From positions 13,552 through 77,551 of the forward strand of contig JALRKK010000047.1 of NCBI GenBank assembly GCA_023268935.1: 64,000 bases of DNA, written 5' to 3'. Every line of letters starts with the position of its first letter. Position 1 is the stretch's first letter. The notes beneath the pieces were generated by a model that worked only from the letters and a program-made list of their open reading frames with translations, was not told the DNA's origin and ran no database searches. Positions 1 to 11,150 of the stretch are shown here, piece by piece. Made by a program: the position numbers and the translations under genes. Source of the stretch: Glaciecola sp. (lineage in GTDB: Bacteria > Pseudomonadota > Gammaproteobacteria > Enterobacterales > Alteromonadaceae).

Positions 1-1569
1 TGCTCGAGCAAGTGCTGCTGCTATCTTGGCTTTTGCATCACCGCCGTTATTTTCCATGGCGGCTTTTCGTGCCTCGGCTGCTTTGCGGTGTTTTTCTTCG
101 CGGGCGTGTTTCTCAGCTTCAAGTCGTGCCTGTCTTTGCTCAAATCGTTGCTTGGCTTTTTCTGACTTTTGTTGTTCGTCCAGCTGCGCTTTTATCTCTG
201 CTTTGGCTTGACGATAATATTGCACTAGCGGGATCTCACTGGGACATACATAGGCGCACGCACCACACTCAATACAATCAGCCAGAGCGTACTCTTCGGC
301 TTTGGCAAAGTCTTTTGCTTTGCTGTACCAATACAGTTGTTGCGGCAATAAACCAGCAGGGCACACATCTGTGCAGTAACCGCAGCGAATACAAGGTTTT
401 TCATCGTCAATATCAGGCAATTCATCCGCAGCGGGGACTAAGACACAGTTTGTGATTTTGACCACAGGAACATTATCATTGGTAACCGTAAAGCCCATCA
501 TTGGGCCGCCCATAATCACTTTGTGACGTTTTTGTTTGGCCGGCTGATACTGAGCAAAGGCGAGTAAATCAGCCATCGGTGTACCTAACAACGCCCAAAC
601 ATTCTGTGGTGCTTTCAGTGCTTCACCGGTGAGAGTCACCACACGCTGAACTAAGGCTTTGCCATAGATGATGGCATCGGCAATTGCAAAACAAGTGCCG
701 ACATTGAACATCATACAGCCTATGTCCATAGGTAAACCAGAGCGAGGCACTTCATGTCCGGTGAGCGCTTGAATCAATTGTTTTTCACCGCCTGCTGGAT
801 ATTTGGTAGGAATGCTTGCCATCGTAATTGACGCATCTGAACCACAAGCGGTTTTAAGGGCATCAAAGGCCTCGGGTTTGTTACTTTCAACCGCGATAAT
901 GATTGCTTTGGGGTTAACCAAATAACGCAATATATCAATGCCTTGTTTAATTTGCCAAGCGTGCTCGCGCATGATGCGATCATCTGAGCTGATATAGGGC
1001 TCACATTCAATACCATTAATGATCAAACATTCCACGTCATGGTTATGTTGCGTTTTGATATGCGTAGGAAAGCCCGCACCACCCAAGCCACTGATTCCTG
1101 CATCACAAATGCGTTCAATTAATGTGATTGGTTCGACCGTTCGATAATTTTCGAAGGGTGGCATGATATGCCAATCTTCAGCGCCATCAGGTTTTAATAC
1201 AATTGTGGTTTCAGGTAGGCCTGACGCATGAGCACTTGGATGTTCAGTAATGTCCGTAATGATACCTGAAGTACTGGCATGAACAGGGACTGCAAAAGGA
1301 TGTGAGCTATGCGTCAGTGCTTGGCCTTTTTTTACTCTGTCGCCTACGGCAACGATCAGACTACCTTGCATCCCAGAATGTTGTTTAAGAGGTATATAAA
1401 GTGTTTTGGGGACCGGCATGGATGCAATAGGAGCTTGATTAGATAATAATTTTGCCTCAGGTGGGTGCACACCTCCAGGAAAATTGTGCAGTCGACCAGC
1501 TTTAATCGCTTCGACGACTGCTGAACCGTCAACGCGTTCAAGAATATCTATTTTTGCAAAAGCTTCCAT
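1..1569 (-). CDS. rsxC: Rnf/Rsx electron transport complex subunit C (3' end runs off the window)
   Basis: ATG at 1569 overlaps the rsxB stop (TAATG). Manual translation gives [10 protein letters not shown]...FPGGVHPPE, INGIECEPY, KYPAGGEKQLI, and the ferredoxin motifs CIRCGYCTDVCP and CIECGACAYVCP, all in one frame. Confidence 0.95.
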   Translation of the reverse strand, partial: MEAFAKIDILERVDGSAVVEAIKAGRLHNFPGGVHPPEAKLLSNQAPIASMPVPKTLYIPLKQHSGMQGSLIVAVGDRVKKGQALTHSSHPFAVPVHASTSGIITDITEHPSAHASGLPETTIVLKPDGAEDWHIMPPFENYRTVEPITLIERICDAGISGLGGAGFPTHIKTQHNHDVECLIINGIECEPYISSDDRIMREHAWQIKQGIDILRYLVNPKAIIIAVESNKPEAFDALKTACGSDASITMASIPTKYPAGGEKQLIQALTGHEVPRSGLPMDIGCMMFNVGTCFAIADAIIYGKALVQRVVTLTGEALKAPQNVWALLGTPMADLLAFAQYQPAKQKRHKVIMGGPMMGFTVTNDNVPVVKITNCVLVPAADELPDIDDEKPCIRCGYCTDVCPAGLLPQQLYWYSKAKDFAKAEEYALADCIECGACAYVCPSEIPLVQYYRQAKAEIKAQLDEQQKSEKAKQRFEQRQARLEAEKHAREEKHRKAAEARKAAMENNGGDAKAKIAAALARA

Positions 1570-2150
1570 TATGACACCTGCTTTATATCAATGTTACCGA
1601 CAGTGCCACTGACATTCTTACCGAGATGCCACTTGAAGTTAGCGGGCGTTTCTTTAACCGGTAGCATATCGATGCAATCAACCGGGCAGGGGGCAACACA
1701 TAAGTCACAGCCTGTGCATTCATCGACTATGACAGTATGCATTTGCTTGGCAGCACCAATAATGGCATCTACCGGACACGCTTGAATGCATTTAGTACAG
1801 CCAATACATTCTGCTTCACGAATGTAGGCTACTTTTTTGACGTCTTCAACACCATGGGCACTATCTAGAGGTTTGGGTTCTACTCCCATAAGGTCGGCGA
1901 GTTTTTTGATAGTTGCTTCACCACCAGGAGGACATTTGTTGATTTCATCGCCATTGGCAATCGCTTCAGCATATGGTTTGCAGCCTGGATAGCCACACTG
2001 ACCACATTGAGTCTGTGGCAACATGGCATCTATTTGGTCCACCAAAGGATCGGACTCGACTTTAAATTTGATGGCTGAATAACCGAGGATGGCCCCAAAT
2101 ATTAGAGCAAGTAAGCCAAGTATAATGAGCGCAAATGCGAACAGAGACAT
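1569..2150 (-). CDS. rsxB: Rnf/Rsx complex subunit B
   Basis: N-terminal TM helix, [14 protein letters not shown], two CxxCxxCxxxCP motifs. Confidence 0.97.
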   Translation of the reverse strand: MSLFAFALIILGLLALIFGAILGYSAIKFKVESDPLVDQIDAMLPQTQCGQCGYPGCKPYAEAIANGDEINKCPPGGEATIKKLADLMGVEPKPLDSAHGVEDVKKVAYIREAECIGCTKCIQACPVDAIIGAAKQMHTVIVDECTGCDLCVAPCPVDCIDMLPVKETPANFKWHLGKNVSGTVGNIDIKQVS

Positions 2151-2728
2151 TAAGGCACCAACCCTGTAAAGCCCATGAATGCTAGAGACATCAAGCCAGC
2201 AGTAACCATGGCAATGGCCGCTCCACGAAATGGGGTGGGCACATCAGCAGCAGCTAAGCGCTCTCGCATTGCAGCAAATAATATCATGACCAATGAAAAA
2301 CCCACTGCAGCACCAAAACCATACACAATGGACTCGGTCATTGAATGCTGTTCCTTTATGTTGAGTAACGCTACGCCTAACACCGCACAGTTTGTTGTGA
2401 TCAAAGGCAAAAAGATACCGAGTAAGCGATATAGTGTCGGACTGGTTTTGTGTACCACCATCTCGGTAAATTGTACGACCACTGCAATGACCAATATAAA
2501 CGATACGGTCCGTAAAAACTGCAAATCAAAGGGGATCAAAAGGTAAGTTTCAATTAAATAACTGGCTAAAGAGGCTAATGTAAGCACAAAGGTTGTTGCC
2601 ATTGACATGCCAATGGCGGTTTCAAGTTTGCTAGACACACCCATAAACGGGCACAGTCCCAAAAACTGTACCAAGACAAAATTGTTAACTAGCACTGTAC
2701 TAATGAGCAGTAATAAAAATTCAGTCAT
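2150..2728 (-). CDS. rsxA: Rnf/Rsx complex subunit A
   Basis: [20 protein letters not shown] and [12 protein letters not shown]; first gene of the rsx operon. Confidence 0.97.
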   Translation of the reverse strand: MTEFLLLLISTVLVNNFVLVQFLGLCPFMGVSSKLETAIGMSMATTFVLTLASLASYLIETYLLIPFDLQFLRTVSFILVIAVVVQFTEMVVHKTSPTLYRLLGIFLPLITTNCAVLGVALLNIKEQHSMTESIVYGFGAAVGFSLVMILFAAMRERLAAADVPTPFRGAAIAMVTAGLMSLAFMGFTGLVP

Positions 2729-2868
2729 TATTTGTATGGGGTAACGGAAAACCTTAATGTATACATTATCTAATGTTTAACGAACATAAACAATGATTTG
2801 GGTCATTTTAATCTGGAAAAAACAGAATAAGACTGTACTTGAGTCGATATGGAATAAAGCAATGTGGA

Positions 2869-2945
2869 TGGCTCCCCCTCCCCGACTCGAACGGGGGACC
2901 TGCGGATTAACAGTCCGTCGCTCTAACCAACTGAGCTAAGGGGGA
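2869..2945 (-). tRNA. tRNA-Asn(GTT), copy 2
   Basis: Reverse complement TCCCCCTTAGCTCAGTTGGTTAGAGCGACGGACTGTTAATCCGCAGGTCCCCCGTTCGAGTCGGGGAGGGGGAGCCA: cloverleaf, GTT anticodon, encoded CCA. Confidence 0.97.
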
Positions 2946-2968
2946 ATCGTAAGGAATATAGCTTGAGA

Positions 2969-3045
2969 TGGCTCCCCCTCCCCGACTCGAACGGGGGACC
3001 TGCGGATTAACAGTCCGTCGCTCTAACCAACTGAGCTAAGGGGGA
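2969..3045 (-). tRNA. tRNA-Asn(GTT), copy 1
   Basis: Identical to 2869-2945, offset by exactly 100 bp. Confidence 0.97.
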
Positions 3046-3060
3046 ATCGTCTTCTCAACG

Positions 3061-3096
3061 AGCGCGCATATTAAAGATTGCAGGCATCTGTGTCAA
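3061..3096 (-). promoter_or_regulatory. sigma70 stable-RNA promoter for the tRNA-Asn pair
   Basis: Minus strand TTGACA (3096-3091), 17 bp, TAATAT (3073-3068), then GC-rich discriminator GCGCGC. Confidence 0.8.
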
Positions 3097-3193
3097 CTCT
3101 AATAAGACAAAAATTTCAAAAATAATGGATCACTTTTTAGTTTAATTTATGGAATATATATATAACCAAATAGAATTAAAAAACATTTGAGCA

Positions 3194-3209
3194 CTGTCTG
3201 TTTATACAG
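3194..3209. promoter_or_regulatory. Putative LexA (SOS) box
   Basis: CTGTCTGTTTATACAG fits CTGT-N8-ACAG; upstream of the MATE-uvrB unit but ~510 bp from the first start codon. Confidence 0.55.
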
Positions 3210-3315
3210 AGTTTGTCTTGAGTGTAACAAATCTTTAATATTTAAGGGTGAGCGTATGCTAACCTAAAATTTGAGCATATGGCGTCAAAACTTTGTCGTA
3301 TCTGGCCTTTTTATG

Positions 3316-3350
3316 TTATCCACTTGATCTGTGGATAACTATGTGTGTAG
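3316..3350. promoter_or_regulatory. DARS-like DnaA-box cluster (boxes I-II-III)
   Basis: TTATCCACT-tgatc-TGTGGATAA-cta-TGTGTGTAG: two opposed DnaA boxes plus a degenerate third, upstream of uvrB; another box TGTGAATAA at 3507-3515. Confidence 0.75.
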
Positions 3351-3717
3351 TTTTTGCTCCTGCAATATGTGTGAATTTTTGTGCAGATTAAAAATGCAAC
3401 AATGCATTTTGTTAAACATCAATACTGCCAATGAATATAAAGCTTTGAAGTGATGCAACAAGTAATAAGAACTTTTTATACTGTTGCGAGTGAAAACAAT
3501 ATCTCTTGTGAATAAAGATAATAAATATTCATCAAATTACCCAAAGATTCTATGGTTTATCAACTCAATTTACCTTTACTGGCGGCTTTATGATTCACTT
3601 GTACAAAAAATGAATTGTAAAAAATATGTTATTTTTATGACAGTTTAATGACATGAATTGCAGGTGCGGTATGTAAGGGGGTGTGGTAGTATTTAATGGT
3701 TAATTTAAGGATATCGT

Positions 3718-5082
3718 GTGTCAGAAGTAAAAGTCACCAAACCAGCTCCAAACCGGATGTTGGAAGGCTCTATTGCGCAAACGCTCAAAGAGCTTACCTT
3801 ACCCATGATTTATGGCATGATATTATTGATGTCATTTGGGTTAGTCGATACATTTTTTGTGAGCTTGTTAGGGACCAATGAGCTTGCGGCCATTAGTTTT
3901 ACCTTCCCTGTCACCTTCACTGTAATAAGTTTAAACATCGGCTTAGGGATTGGCACATCCGCAGTCATCGGCAAATTATTGGGCGCAGGTCAAAATGAAT
4001 ACGCGCGTTTAAGTGCCATGGCTGCACTAATGAGTGTGTTTTTGTTGGTGGGCATGTTATGTGCCATTGGCTTGTTGAGTATTGAACTGGTCTTTTCTCT
4101 GTTAGGTGCTGAATCCGAACAGTTACCGCTCATTACTGACTACATGTCAGTATGGTATCTGGCAGGAGTACTTTTAGCTATCCCCATGGTTGGCAACTCG
4201 GTGTTGCGTGCGTCTGGTGATACCAAAACACCAAGTATCATTATGGCCTCTGGAGGGGCAATCAATGCCGTTTTGGATCCATTTTTGATTTTTGGGTTAG
4301 GTCCATTTCCAGCAATGGGCATTCAAGGTGCGGCGATTGCGACAGCGATAGCATGGGCAACAGGCGTTGTATGGATAATTGTCTTACTGATAAAACGCGA
4401 GTTGATGGTGCCGCGTTTGCTCAATCTGACCGAGTTTCTTACACACAGCAAAGACGTGTTAAGAATTGGTTTTCCGGCAGCGGGAGCGAACATGCTGACC
4501 CCCATTGCCACGGGTGTTGTGACTGCCATTGTCGCAGGGTTTGGTGCGACAGCTGTGGCTGCATGGGGCGTAGGAGGTCGTTTAGAGACGATTGCAAGCA
4601 TTGTGATGCTGGCTCTTTCAATGTCGTTGCCGCCTTTACTGTCACAGAATCTCGGGGCGAATCGTATCGATCGCGTTAAAGAAGCTTATCAACTTTCCCT
4701 TAAATTTGTTCTGGGCTTTCAATTATTGGTATTTGTGTGTTTGCTGATTACGGCACCATGGATTGCCAAAATCTTTGCCAGAGAGCCCGACGTCACCGAA
4801 TGGATCACCCTGTTCTTGATGATTGTACCGCTCGGTTATGGTGTGCAAGGGGTTGTGGTTTTGACTAATTCAGCATTCAATGCTATCCATCAACCCATGC
4901 ACGCATTAGCACTCAATGCGTTGAGGTTATTTGTGTTTTTTGTACCTTTTGCTTTTGTAGGCAGTATATATTACAAGTTATACGGCGTTTTTTGGGGCAT
5001 CGTCCTGGCAAACGCCGTCATGGCCTTTATTTCTTATTGGATGTTCAAACACAGTTTAAACCAGCTTTCGACAGGTAGTTAA
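3718..5082 (+). CDS. MATE family efflux transporter
   Basis: About 12 TM helices; motifs [24 protein letters not shown] and [18 protein letters not shown]. Confidence 0.93.
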   Translation: MSEVKVTKPAPNRMLEGSIAQTLKELTLPMIYGMILLMSFGLVDTFFVSLLGTNELAAISFTFPVTFTVISLNIGLGIGTSAVIGKLLGAGQNEYARLSAMAALMSVFLLVGMLCAIGLLSIELVFSLLGAESEQLPLITDYMSVWYLAGVLLAIPMVGNSVLRASGDTKTPSIIMASGGAINAVLDPFLIFGLGPFPAMGIQGAAIATAIAWATGVVWIIVLLIKRELMVPRLLNLTEFLTHSKDVLRIGFPAAGANMLTPIATGVVTAIVAGFGATAVAAWGVGGRLETIASIVMLALSMSLPPLLSQNLGANRIDRVKEAYQLSLKFVLGFQLLVFVCLLITAPWIAKIFAREPDVTEWITLFLMIVPLGYGVQGVVVLTNSAFNAIHQPMHALALNALRLFVFFVPFAFVGSIYYKLYGVFWGIVLANAVMAFISYWMFKHSLNQLSTGS

Positions 5083-5086
5083 ATCA

Positions 5087-7105
5087 GTGGCTAAGCCTTT
5101 TACAATTCAATCCAAATATTCTCCAGCTGGTGACCAGCCTACCGCCATAGCACAATTAGTTGAAGGTCTAGAGGCGGGGTTGGCACAACAAACACTATTG
5201 GGTGTGACGGGTTCTGGTAAAACCTTTACCATGGCCAACGTGATTGCAGAGGTGCAAAGACCCACGCTGATTTTAGCCCATAACAAAACCCTTGCCGCTC
5301 AGTTATATGGAGAGATGAAAGAATTTTTCCCCAATAACGCCGTAGAGTATTTTGTTTCATATTACGATTACTATCAGCCAGAAGCATATGTGCCATCGAC
5401 CGATACGTTTATCGAAAAAGACTCTTCGATCAACGACCACATTGAGCAAATGCGTCTATCCGCAACAAAGGCTTTGATGGAGAGAAGAGATGTTGTGATA
5501 GTGGCATCCGTCTCGGCGATTTATGGTTTAGGCGATCCCGAATCGTACATGAAGATGTTATTGCATCTGCGTCAAGGCGATACGATGGATCAGCGTGATA
5601 TATTACGTCGCTTGGCAGAATTGCAATATAAGCGCAATGACATCGCTTTTGAGCGCGGCTCATTTCGGGTGCGTGGTGATGTGATTGATATTTTCCCTGC
5701 AGATTCTGAGAAACAAGCAATTCGTGTCGAGTTGTTTGACGCTGAGATCGAGAAGATCAGCTACTTTGATCCACTTACGGGTGAGGTGGAAAAATCTGTC
5801 GCACGAGCAACCGTCTTTCCCAAAACGCATTATGTGACGCCACGAGAGCGTATCTTGAATGCCGTTGAAAATATAAAAGACGAATTAGAACAGCGCCGCA
5901 TACAACTTAAAGAAGCCAATAAACTGCTGGAAGAACAGCGTATTTCTCAACGTACCCAGTTTGATATTGAAATGATGCTGGAATTGGGTTTTTGTTCAGG
6001 AATCGAAAACTACTCGCGTTATTTGTCAGGCCGAGCACCCGGTGAACCACCACCGACATTAATTGACTACTTTCCCAAAGATGGCTTGTTGATCATTGAT
6101 GAATCGCATGTAACCGTTTCGCAGATTGGCGCCATGTATAAAGGCGACCGTTCGCGTAAAGAAACCTTGGTTGAATATGGTTTTCGTTTGCCTTCTGCAC
6201 TGGATAATCGGCCACTCAAATTCGACGAGTTTGAGCATATCTCTCCTCAGACGATTTATGTGTCGGCGACCCCTGGAAACTACGAGCTTGAAAAGTGCTC
6301 AGGCGAAATAGTCGAGCAAGTTGTCAGACCAACGGGGCTTCTTGATCCGGTTATCGAGATACGTCCTGTGGCGACGCAAGTAGATGATGTATTGTCGGAA
6401 ATCAATAAACGTGTAGAGCTGAATGAACGGGTATTGATCACCACATTGACCAAGCGCATGGCCGAAGATTTGTCGGAATACCTTAACGAGAATGGTGTAA
6501 AAGTCAGATATTTGCATTCAGATATAGATACAGTGGAGCGGATCGAAATCATTCGCGATTTGCGAATTGGTAAGTTTGATGTATTAGTGGGGATTAACTT
6601 GCTAAGAGAAGGCTTGGATATGCCTGAGGTGTCTTTAGTTGCGATTCTGGATGCGGATAAAGAAGGTTTTCTGCGTGCAGAAAAATCCCTTATTCAAACC
6701 ATAGGTCGGGCTGCTCGTCACCTGAATGGACGTGCCATTTTGTATGCGGATAAAATCACCGGTTCGATGAAAAAAGCCATTGATGAAACGGAGCGTCGCC
6801 GCGCCAAGCAACAAGCCCATAATGAGGCAAATGGCATTATTCCGCAATCCTTGATTAAACCGATCACCGACATCATGGATATTGGCGATGACGATGCCCA
6901 TCCAGCATCCGGTAAGGTGAAGCTGCGCAAAGTGGCCGAAAAAGAGAAGAAGTATAAAGCCATGACCGCGACCGATATCATGGGTAAAATCAGTGATTTA
7001 GAGCAACAAATGTTTGAGGCCGCACGCGAACTGGAATTTGAAAAAGCCGCGAGTATTCGCGATGAAATCGAACAATTACGCGCCGAAGCGGTCAAGATTT
7101 CTTAA
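5087..7105 (+). CDS. uvrB: Excinuclease ABC subunit B
   Basis: [27 protein letters not shown]-terminal UVR domain. Confidence 0.99.
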   Translation: MAKPFTIQSKYSPAGDQPTAIAQLVEGLEAGLAQQTLLGVTGSGKTFTMANVIAEVQRPTLILAHNKTLAAQLYGEMKEFFPNNAVEYFVSYYDYYQPEAYVPSTDTFIEKDSSINDHIEQMRLSATKALMERRDVVIVASVSAIYGLGDPESYMKMLLHLRQGDTMDQRDILRRLAELQYKRNDIAFERGSFRVRGDVIDIFPADSEKQAIRVELFDAEIEKISYFDPLTGEVEKSVARATVFPKTHYVTPRERILNAVENIKDELEQRRIQLKEANKLLEEQRISQRTQFDIEMMLELGFCSGIENYSRYLSGRAPGEPPPTLIDYFPKDGLLIIDESHVTVSQIGAMYKGDRSRKETLVEYGFRLPSALDNRPLKFDEFEHISPQTIYVSATPGNYELEKCSGEIVEQVVRPTGLLDPVIEIRPVATQVDDVLSEINKRVELNERVLITTLTKRMAEDLSEYLNENGVKVRYLHSDIDTVERIEIIRDLRIGKFDVLVGINLLREGLDMPEVSLVAILDADKEGFLRAEKSLIQTIGRAARHLNGRAILYADKITGSMKKAIDETERRRAKQQAHNEANGIIPQSLIKPITDIMDIGDDDAHPASGKVKLRKVAEKEKKYKAMTATDIMGKISDLEQQMFEAARELEFEKAASIRDEIEQLRAEAVKIS

Positions 7106-7163
7106 TAATTTGGGCTTTGAATTTCTTTTAGTGACGCTATCTCAGCGCCATTTAGACAGAATA

Positions 7164-7835
7164 TTATTCGTACTCTAATGGATCGATAAGCTGGTTTTCG
7201 GCAAAGGCTTCAAGGCGTTCGACACACGCGCCGCATTTGCCACAGGCTTTTTTGCGCCCGTTGTAACAAGTCCAGGTATTGCTGTAATCAAGCGCTAAGA
7301 CTTTGCCAACGGTTAAGATCTCGCCCTTTGTATGATGTAGAAATGGCGTTTCAATACTGACTGGGTCATAGTTTGCAATGGCGCAAACCTCTTTCATTTT
7401 TTGTACAAACTCAGGTCGGCAATCCGGGTAGATCGCGTGATCGCCTGAATGGGCTCCGTAATAGACCGCTGGGGCTTCAAGTGACACAGCATAAGCCACA
7501 GCCATGGATAAAAGTACCATATTGCGATTTGGCACGACCGTTGATTTCATGCTTTCTTCAGCGTAATGCCCTTCCGGGATTTCAATGTCATCAGTCAAAG
7601 AAGAGCCTGCCATAAGGGTATTTATGGCTGAAATATCAACAATCTTGTGGGTAATTTTCAATCCTTGGCAAACCGTTTTGGCCGCCTCAATCTCTCTGAC
7701 GTGACGTTGACCGTAGTTAAAGGTCAAACAGGCAACCTCATCAGGTGCAAAACCTTGTGCTAAAACATGATGTAGTAGCGTGAATGAATCCATTCCGCCT
7801 GAATAAATAATCACCGCACGTTTTTGTTGAGCCAT
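7164..7835 (-). CDS. queC: 7-cyano-7-deazaguanine synthase
   Basis: SGGMDS PP-loop, VPNRN, YPDCR, TWTCY...CGKCGAC. Confidence 0.97.
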   Translation of the reverse strand: MAQQKRAVIIYSGGMDSFTLLHHVLAQGFAPDEVACLTFNYGQRHVREIEAAKTVCQGLKITHKIVDISAINTLMAGSSLTDDIEIPEGHYAEESMKSTVVPNRNMVLLSMAVAYAVSLEAPAVYYGAHSGDHAIYPDCRPEFVQKMKEVCAIANYDPVSIETPFLHHTKGEILTVGKVLALDYSNTWTCYNGRKKACGKCGACVERLEAFAENQLIDPLEYE

Positions 7836-7914
7836 GAAAGCATATACCTGTCTTGTTATTTTGCGGTATTATACCTGCAAACGATACACTCATACAAAGT
7901 GTTAGAGGTAGGTT

Positions 7915-8586
7915 GTGCAATATCCAATCAATGAAATTTTTGAGTCGATCCAAGGTGAGGGCAGTCATACCGGCGTGCCATCCGTATTTGTTCGCATGCA
8001 AGGTTGTCCAGTCGGTTGCCCGTGGTGTGATACTCAACATACTTGGCCGGTTGCCAAAGCCGATATCATAGCCATCGAGTCATTGCGCAGTAAACGAGAA
8101 GATGCGCCAACGCATGCTCAATTTACCGTTGAACAACTTCTTACTGAATATGAGACCAGAGGATATCGGGCAAAACACATAGTCATAACTGGTGGTGAGC
8201 CGTGTATGTATGATTTACAGCCTTTAACGTCCGCGTTAATGATTCAAGGGTTTAGCGTGCAAATTGAAACATCAGGTACGTTTCCGATCCGCTGCCATGA
8301 TGACGTATTTGTTACGGTTTCACCCAAGATTGATATGCCAGGTGGCTATCAGATATTACCCGAAGCTGTGCAACGTGCTGACGAAATCAAGCATGCTGTG
8401 GCGATGCAAAAACACATTGATGCATTGGATGCTTTGCTCTCGGGGCTTGAGTTAATGCGGCAACCTTCAATTTATCTTCAACCTATTTCTCAACAAACAC
8501 GGGCAACAGAATTGGCGATTCAGACCTGTATTGCACGCAACTGGCGTTTATCTTTGCAAACCCATAAGTTTATTGGCATAGAATAA
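7915..8586 (+). CDS. queE: 7-carboxy-7-deazaguanine synthase (radical SAM)
   Basis: EIFESIQGEG, CPVGCPWCDT, TGGEP, WRLSLQTHK. Confidence 0.96.
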   Translation: MQYPINEIFESIQGEGSHTGVPSVFVRMQGCPVGCPWCDTQHTWPVAKADIIAIESLRSKREDAPTHAQFTVEQLLTEYETRGYRAKHIVITGGEPCMYDLQPLTSALMIQGFSVQIETSGTFPIRCHDDVFVTVSPKIDMPGGYQILPEAVQRADEIKHAVAMQKHIDALDALLSGLELMRQPSIYLQPISQQTRATELAIQTCIARNWRLSLQTHKFIGIE

Positions 8587-8629
8587 CGTCTAGTGTTAAC
8601 CTTATGTTAACTCCGAAGCGGATAGTTTT

Positions 8630-9481
8630 ATGCGAATCTGGAAAACGTTATTTTGCGGTTTTATTGTTCAAATGCATTTTGTTGCTCAGGCAGCGGTGTG
8701 GGATATTACGTATCCCAAGAATATCAATCATGAGACCATTCATAATCAATACGCGATTGCTTTACTGGATCTCGCCCTTCAAAAAACCGGTGTGCGCTAT
8801 CGACTCCAGCAAACTGATAATGTGCTCACGCAGCAGCGCGCCATTCAACTGCTTTCGGATAATCGACAAATTAATGTGATGTGGTCGATGACCGATGTGG
8901 ATCGAGAATCGCTATTAACGCCAATCAGAGTCCCAATTTATAAAGGGTTAATAGGTTGGCGCGTGTTATTACTGCACGAGACTAACCAAAATCAGTTCGC
9001 TAATTTGGGTCCGGACAGTATGCGTGAATTGACCTTAGTTCAAGGGTTAAATTGGCCAGATAATAAGATCTTACGCAGTAACGGCTTTAATGTTGTTAAT
9101 GCCTCAGATCATCTTGAAGCATTCCAATTAATGCGCGATCGACAAGTCAGTTTATTTGCGCGTTCCGTGATCGAAGTATTAGATGAGTTAGGTAAGCCGG
9201 AATTAACGAACGGGCTCTTGCTAGAACCGAAGTATGTTTTACAGTATCCCACTGCGGTCTATTTTTTCGTAAACCCTGGGGATCGGATTTTACGTCAATT
9301 AATCCAGCAGGGCTTAGCACAAGCCGTCAAAGACGGCACAATGGATGCGTTATTTGAACAGACTTATGAGAAATTACTCGCTAAAATTGAACTGACGGAT
9401 CGCATCAAAATTCCATTAAAAAACCCACTGTTGCCAAAATCGACACCAGTGGGTGATATACAATTGTGGTATGTACAATAA
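8630..9481 (+). CDS. Stand-alone periplasmic substrate-binding (PBP family 3-like) protein
   Basis: Signal peptide; PIRVPIYKGLIGWR, QGLNWPD and YFFV motifs typical of this family in Alteromonadales. Confidence 0.7.
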   Translation: MRIWKTLFCGFIVQMHFVAQAAVWDITYPKNINHETIHNQYAIALLDLALQKTGVRYRLQQTDNVLTQQRAIQLLSDNRQINVMWSMTDVDRESLLTPIRVPIYKGLIGWRVLLLHETNQNQFANLGPDSMRELTLVQGLNWPDNKILRSNGFNVVNASDHLEAFQLMRDRQVSLFARSVIEVLDELGKPELTNGLLLEPKYVLQYPTAVYFFVNPGDRILRQLIQQGLAQAVKDGTMDALFEQTYEKLLAKIELTDRIKIPLKNPLLPKSTPVGDIQLWYVQ

Positions 9482-9485
9482 GGGT

Positions 9486-11150
9486 TTACCCCTTGTGCAC
9501 ATCCTTCATTGAACGACCAGAAGGGTCAGCGTTGTTTAAGAAGCTCTCATCCCAAGCCAGGGCTTCAACCGTAGAACAGGCGATCGACTTACCACCCGGT
9601 ACGCATTTCGCAGCACTTTCTTGTGGGAAGTAACCTTCAAAGATAGTGCGATAATAATACCCTTCTTTAGTATCCGGAGTATTGGTTGGGAAACGGAATT
9701 CAGCATTAGCAAGTTGTTGGTTGCTGACCTCAGCATCCACGAAATCGCGAATTGAATCGATCCACGAATACCCCACGCCATCGCCAAATTGTTCTTTTTG
9801 ACGCCATAGCACTTCGTCTGGAAGATACGTATTGTCATCAAACGCCTTGCGTAAAATCCATTTTTCCATTTTGCCATCGATACACATTTTGTCTTGTGGG
9901 TTTAAGCGCATAGCAACATCGATGAAGTTTTTATCTAAGAACGGAACGCGAGCTTCTACACCCCATGCAGAGGTGGCTTTGTTCGCACGAGCGCAATCAA
10001 ACATGTGCAAACGGTCGAGTTTACGAACCGTTTCTTCATGCAGTTCTTTGGCGTTAGGCGCTTTGTGGAAATACAAATATCCACCAAAGATTTCGTCTGA
10101 ACCTTCGCCAGAAAGCACCATTTTGATACCCATGGCTTTGATCTTACGCGTCATCAAATACATCGGCGTCGCAGCGCGAATAGTCGTCACATCATACGTT
10201 TCAAGATGATAAATCACATCGCGGATCGCATCCAGGCCTTCTTGAATCGTAAAATGCACTTCGTGATGCACCGTGCCAATCATGTCAGCCACTTTTTGGG
10301 CTGCGACTAAATCTGGTGCGCCTTCTAGGCCAACGGCAAATGAATGAAGGCGAGGCCACCATGCGTCAGATTGGCCATCATCTTCAACTCGTTTCGCCAC
10401 ATACTGGGCTGCCACGGCAGAGACCAATGATGAATCCAAGCCACCTGATAGCAGTACAGCATAAGGTACATCAGACATTAGATGAGATTTGACTGCGTCT
10501 TCAAAAGCTTTTTTCAAATCATCCAGATTGGTTTTGTTCTCTTTGACATTGTCATAGCTCATCCAATCGCGCTGATAGTATTTGACCAATTTGCCTTCAC
10601 GACTATCGAGATAGTGTCCTGGCGGAAATTCTGAAATGGTTTTGCACACAGGAGCAAGTGCTTTCATTTCCGATGAAATATAAAAATTACCGTGCTCATC
10701 ATAACCCGTGTACAACGGAATAATACCAATATGGTCACGAGCGATCAGATAAGAACCATTAGCTTGGTCATACAAAACAAAGGCAAACATGCCTTCTAGT
10801 TTATCAATAAACTGTGAGCCGTATTTTTGATACAGAGGAATAATGACCTCACAGTCTGATTTGGTCTTAAAGGCATAATCCGAAGCTTCTGCAGAAGCTA
10901 ATGCTTTGTGATTATAGATCTCGCCGTTCACCGCTAAGATTTCGTTTTCAGAATCACTGATAAGAGGTTGTGCGCCGGTGTCGACATCCACAATGGCAAG
11001 GCGTTCGTGGCATAAGATAGCATTATTATTATTCCAAATACCTGACCAGTCTGGGCCGCGATGGCGAAGTAATTTGGCAAGCTCTAATGCTTGGGTACGT
11101 AATTCTGAGACATCGGTTTTGATGTCTAAGATCCCGAAAATACCACACAT
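9486..11150 (-). CDS. asnB: Asparagine synthetase B (glutamine-hydrolysing)
   Basis: N-terminal MCGI, RHRGPDWSG, LLSGGLDSS, SGEGSDE. Confidence 0.98.
   Translation of the reverse strand: MCGIFGILDIKTDVSELRTQALELAKLLRHRGPDWSGIWNNNNAILCHERLAIVDVDTGAQPLISDSENEILAVNGEIYNHKALASAEASDYAFKTKSDCEVIIPLYQKYGSQFIDKLEGMFAFVLYDQANGSYLIARDHIGIIPLYTGYDEHGNFYISSEMKALAPVCKTISEFPPGHYLDSREGKLVKYYQRDWMSYDNVKENKTNLDDLKKAFEDAVKSHLMSDVPYAVLLSGGLDSSLVSAVAAQYVAKRVEDDGQSDAWWPRLHSFAVGLEGAPDLVAAQKVADMIGTVHHEVHFTIQEGLDAIRDVIYHLETYDVTTIRAATPMYLMTRKIKAMGIKMVLSGEGSDEIFGGYLYFHKAPNAKELHEETVRKLDRLHMFDCARANKATSAWGVEARVPFLDKNFIDVAMRLNPQDKMCIDGKMEKWILRKAFDDNTYLPDEVLWRQKEQFGDGVGYSWIDSIRDFVDAEVSNQQLANAEFRFPTNTPDTKEGYYYRTIFEGYFPQESAAKCVPGGKSIACSTVEALAWDESFLNNADPSGRSMKDVHKG

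Noticed and set aside
1-1569. rsxC missing from the ORF track, suggesting a frameshift
   Set aside because: Spot-checked motifs all fall in one frame; it is missing only because it runs off the window edge. alaS is absent for the same reason.
2869-3045. 100-bp direct repeat as an att site or CRISPR-like repeat
   Set aside because: Both copies are full-length tRNA-Asn genes; no integrase, spacer array or cas genes
3046-3717. Possible oriC (DnaA boxes in AT-rich DNA)
   Set aside because: Very few GATC sites and no gidA/mioC/dnaA context; box geometry and position near uvrB fit a DARS better
7164-8586. queC/queE as a deazaguanine DNA-modification or Qat-type defence locus
   Set aside because: Normal-length canonical proteins with no dpdA, TatD or ATPase partners; ordinary queuosine pathway. 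No preQ1 riboswitch recognised.
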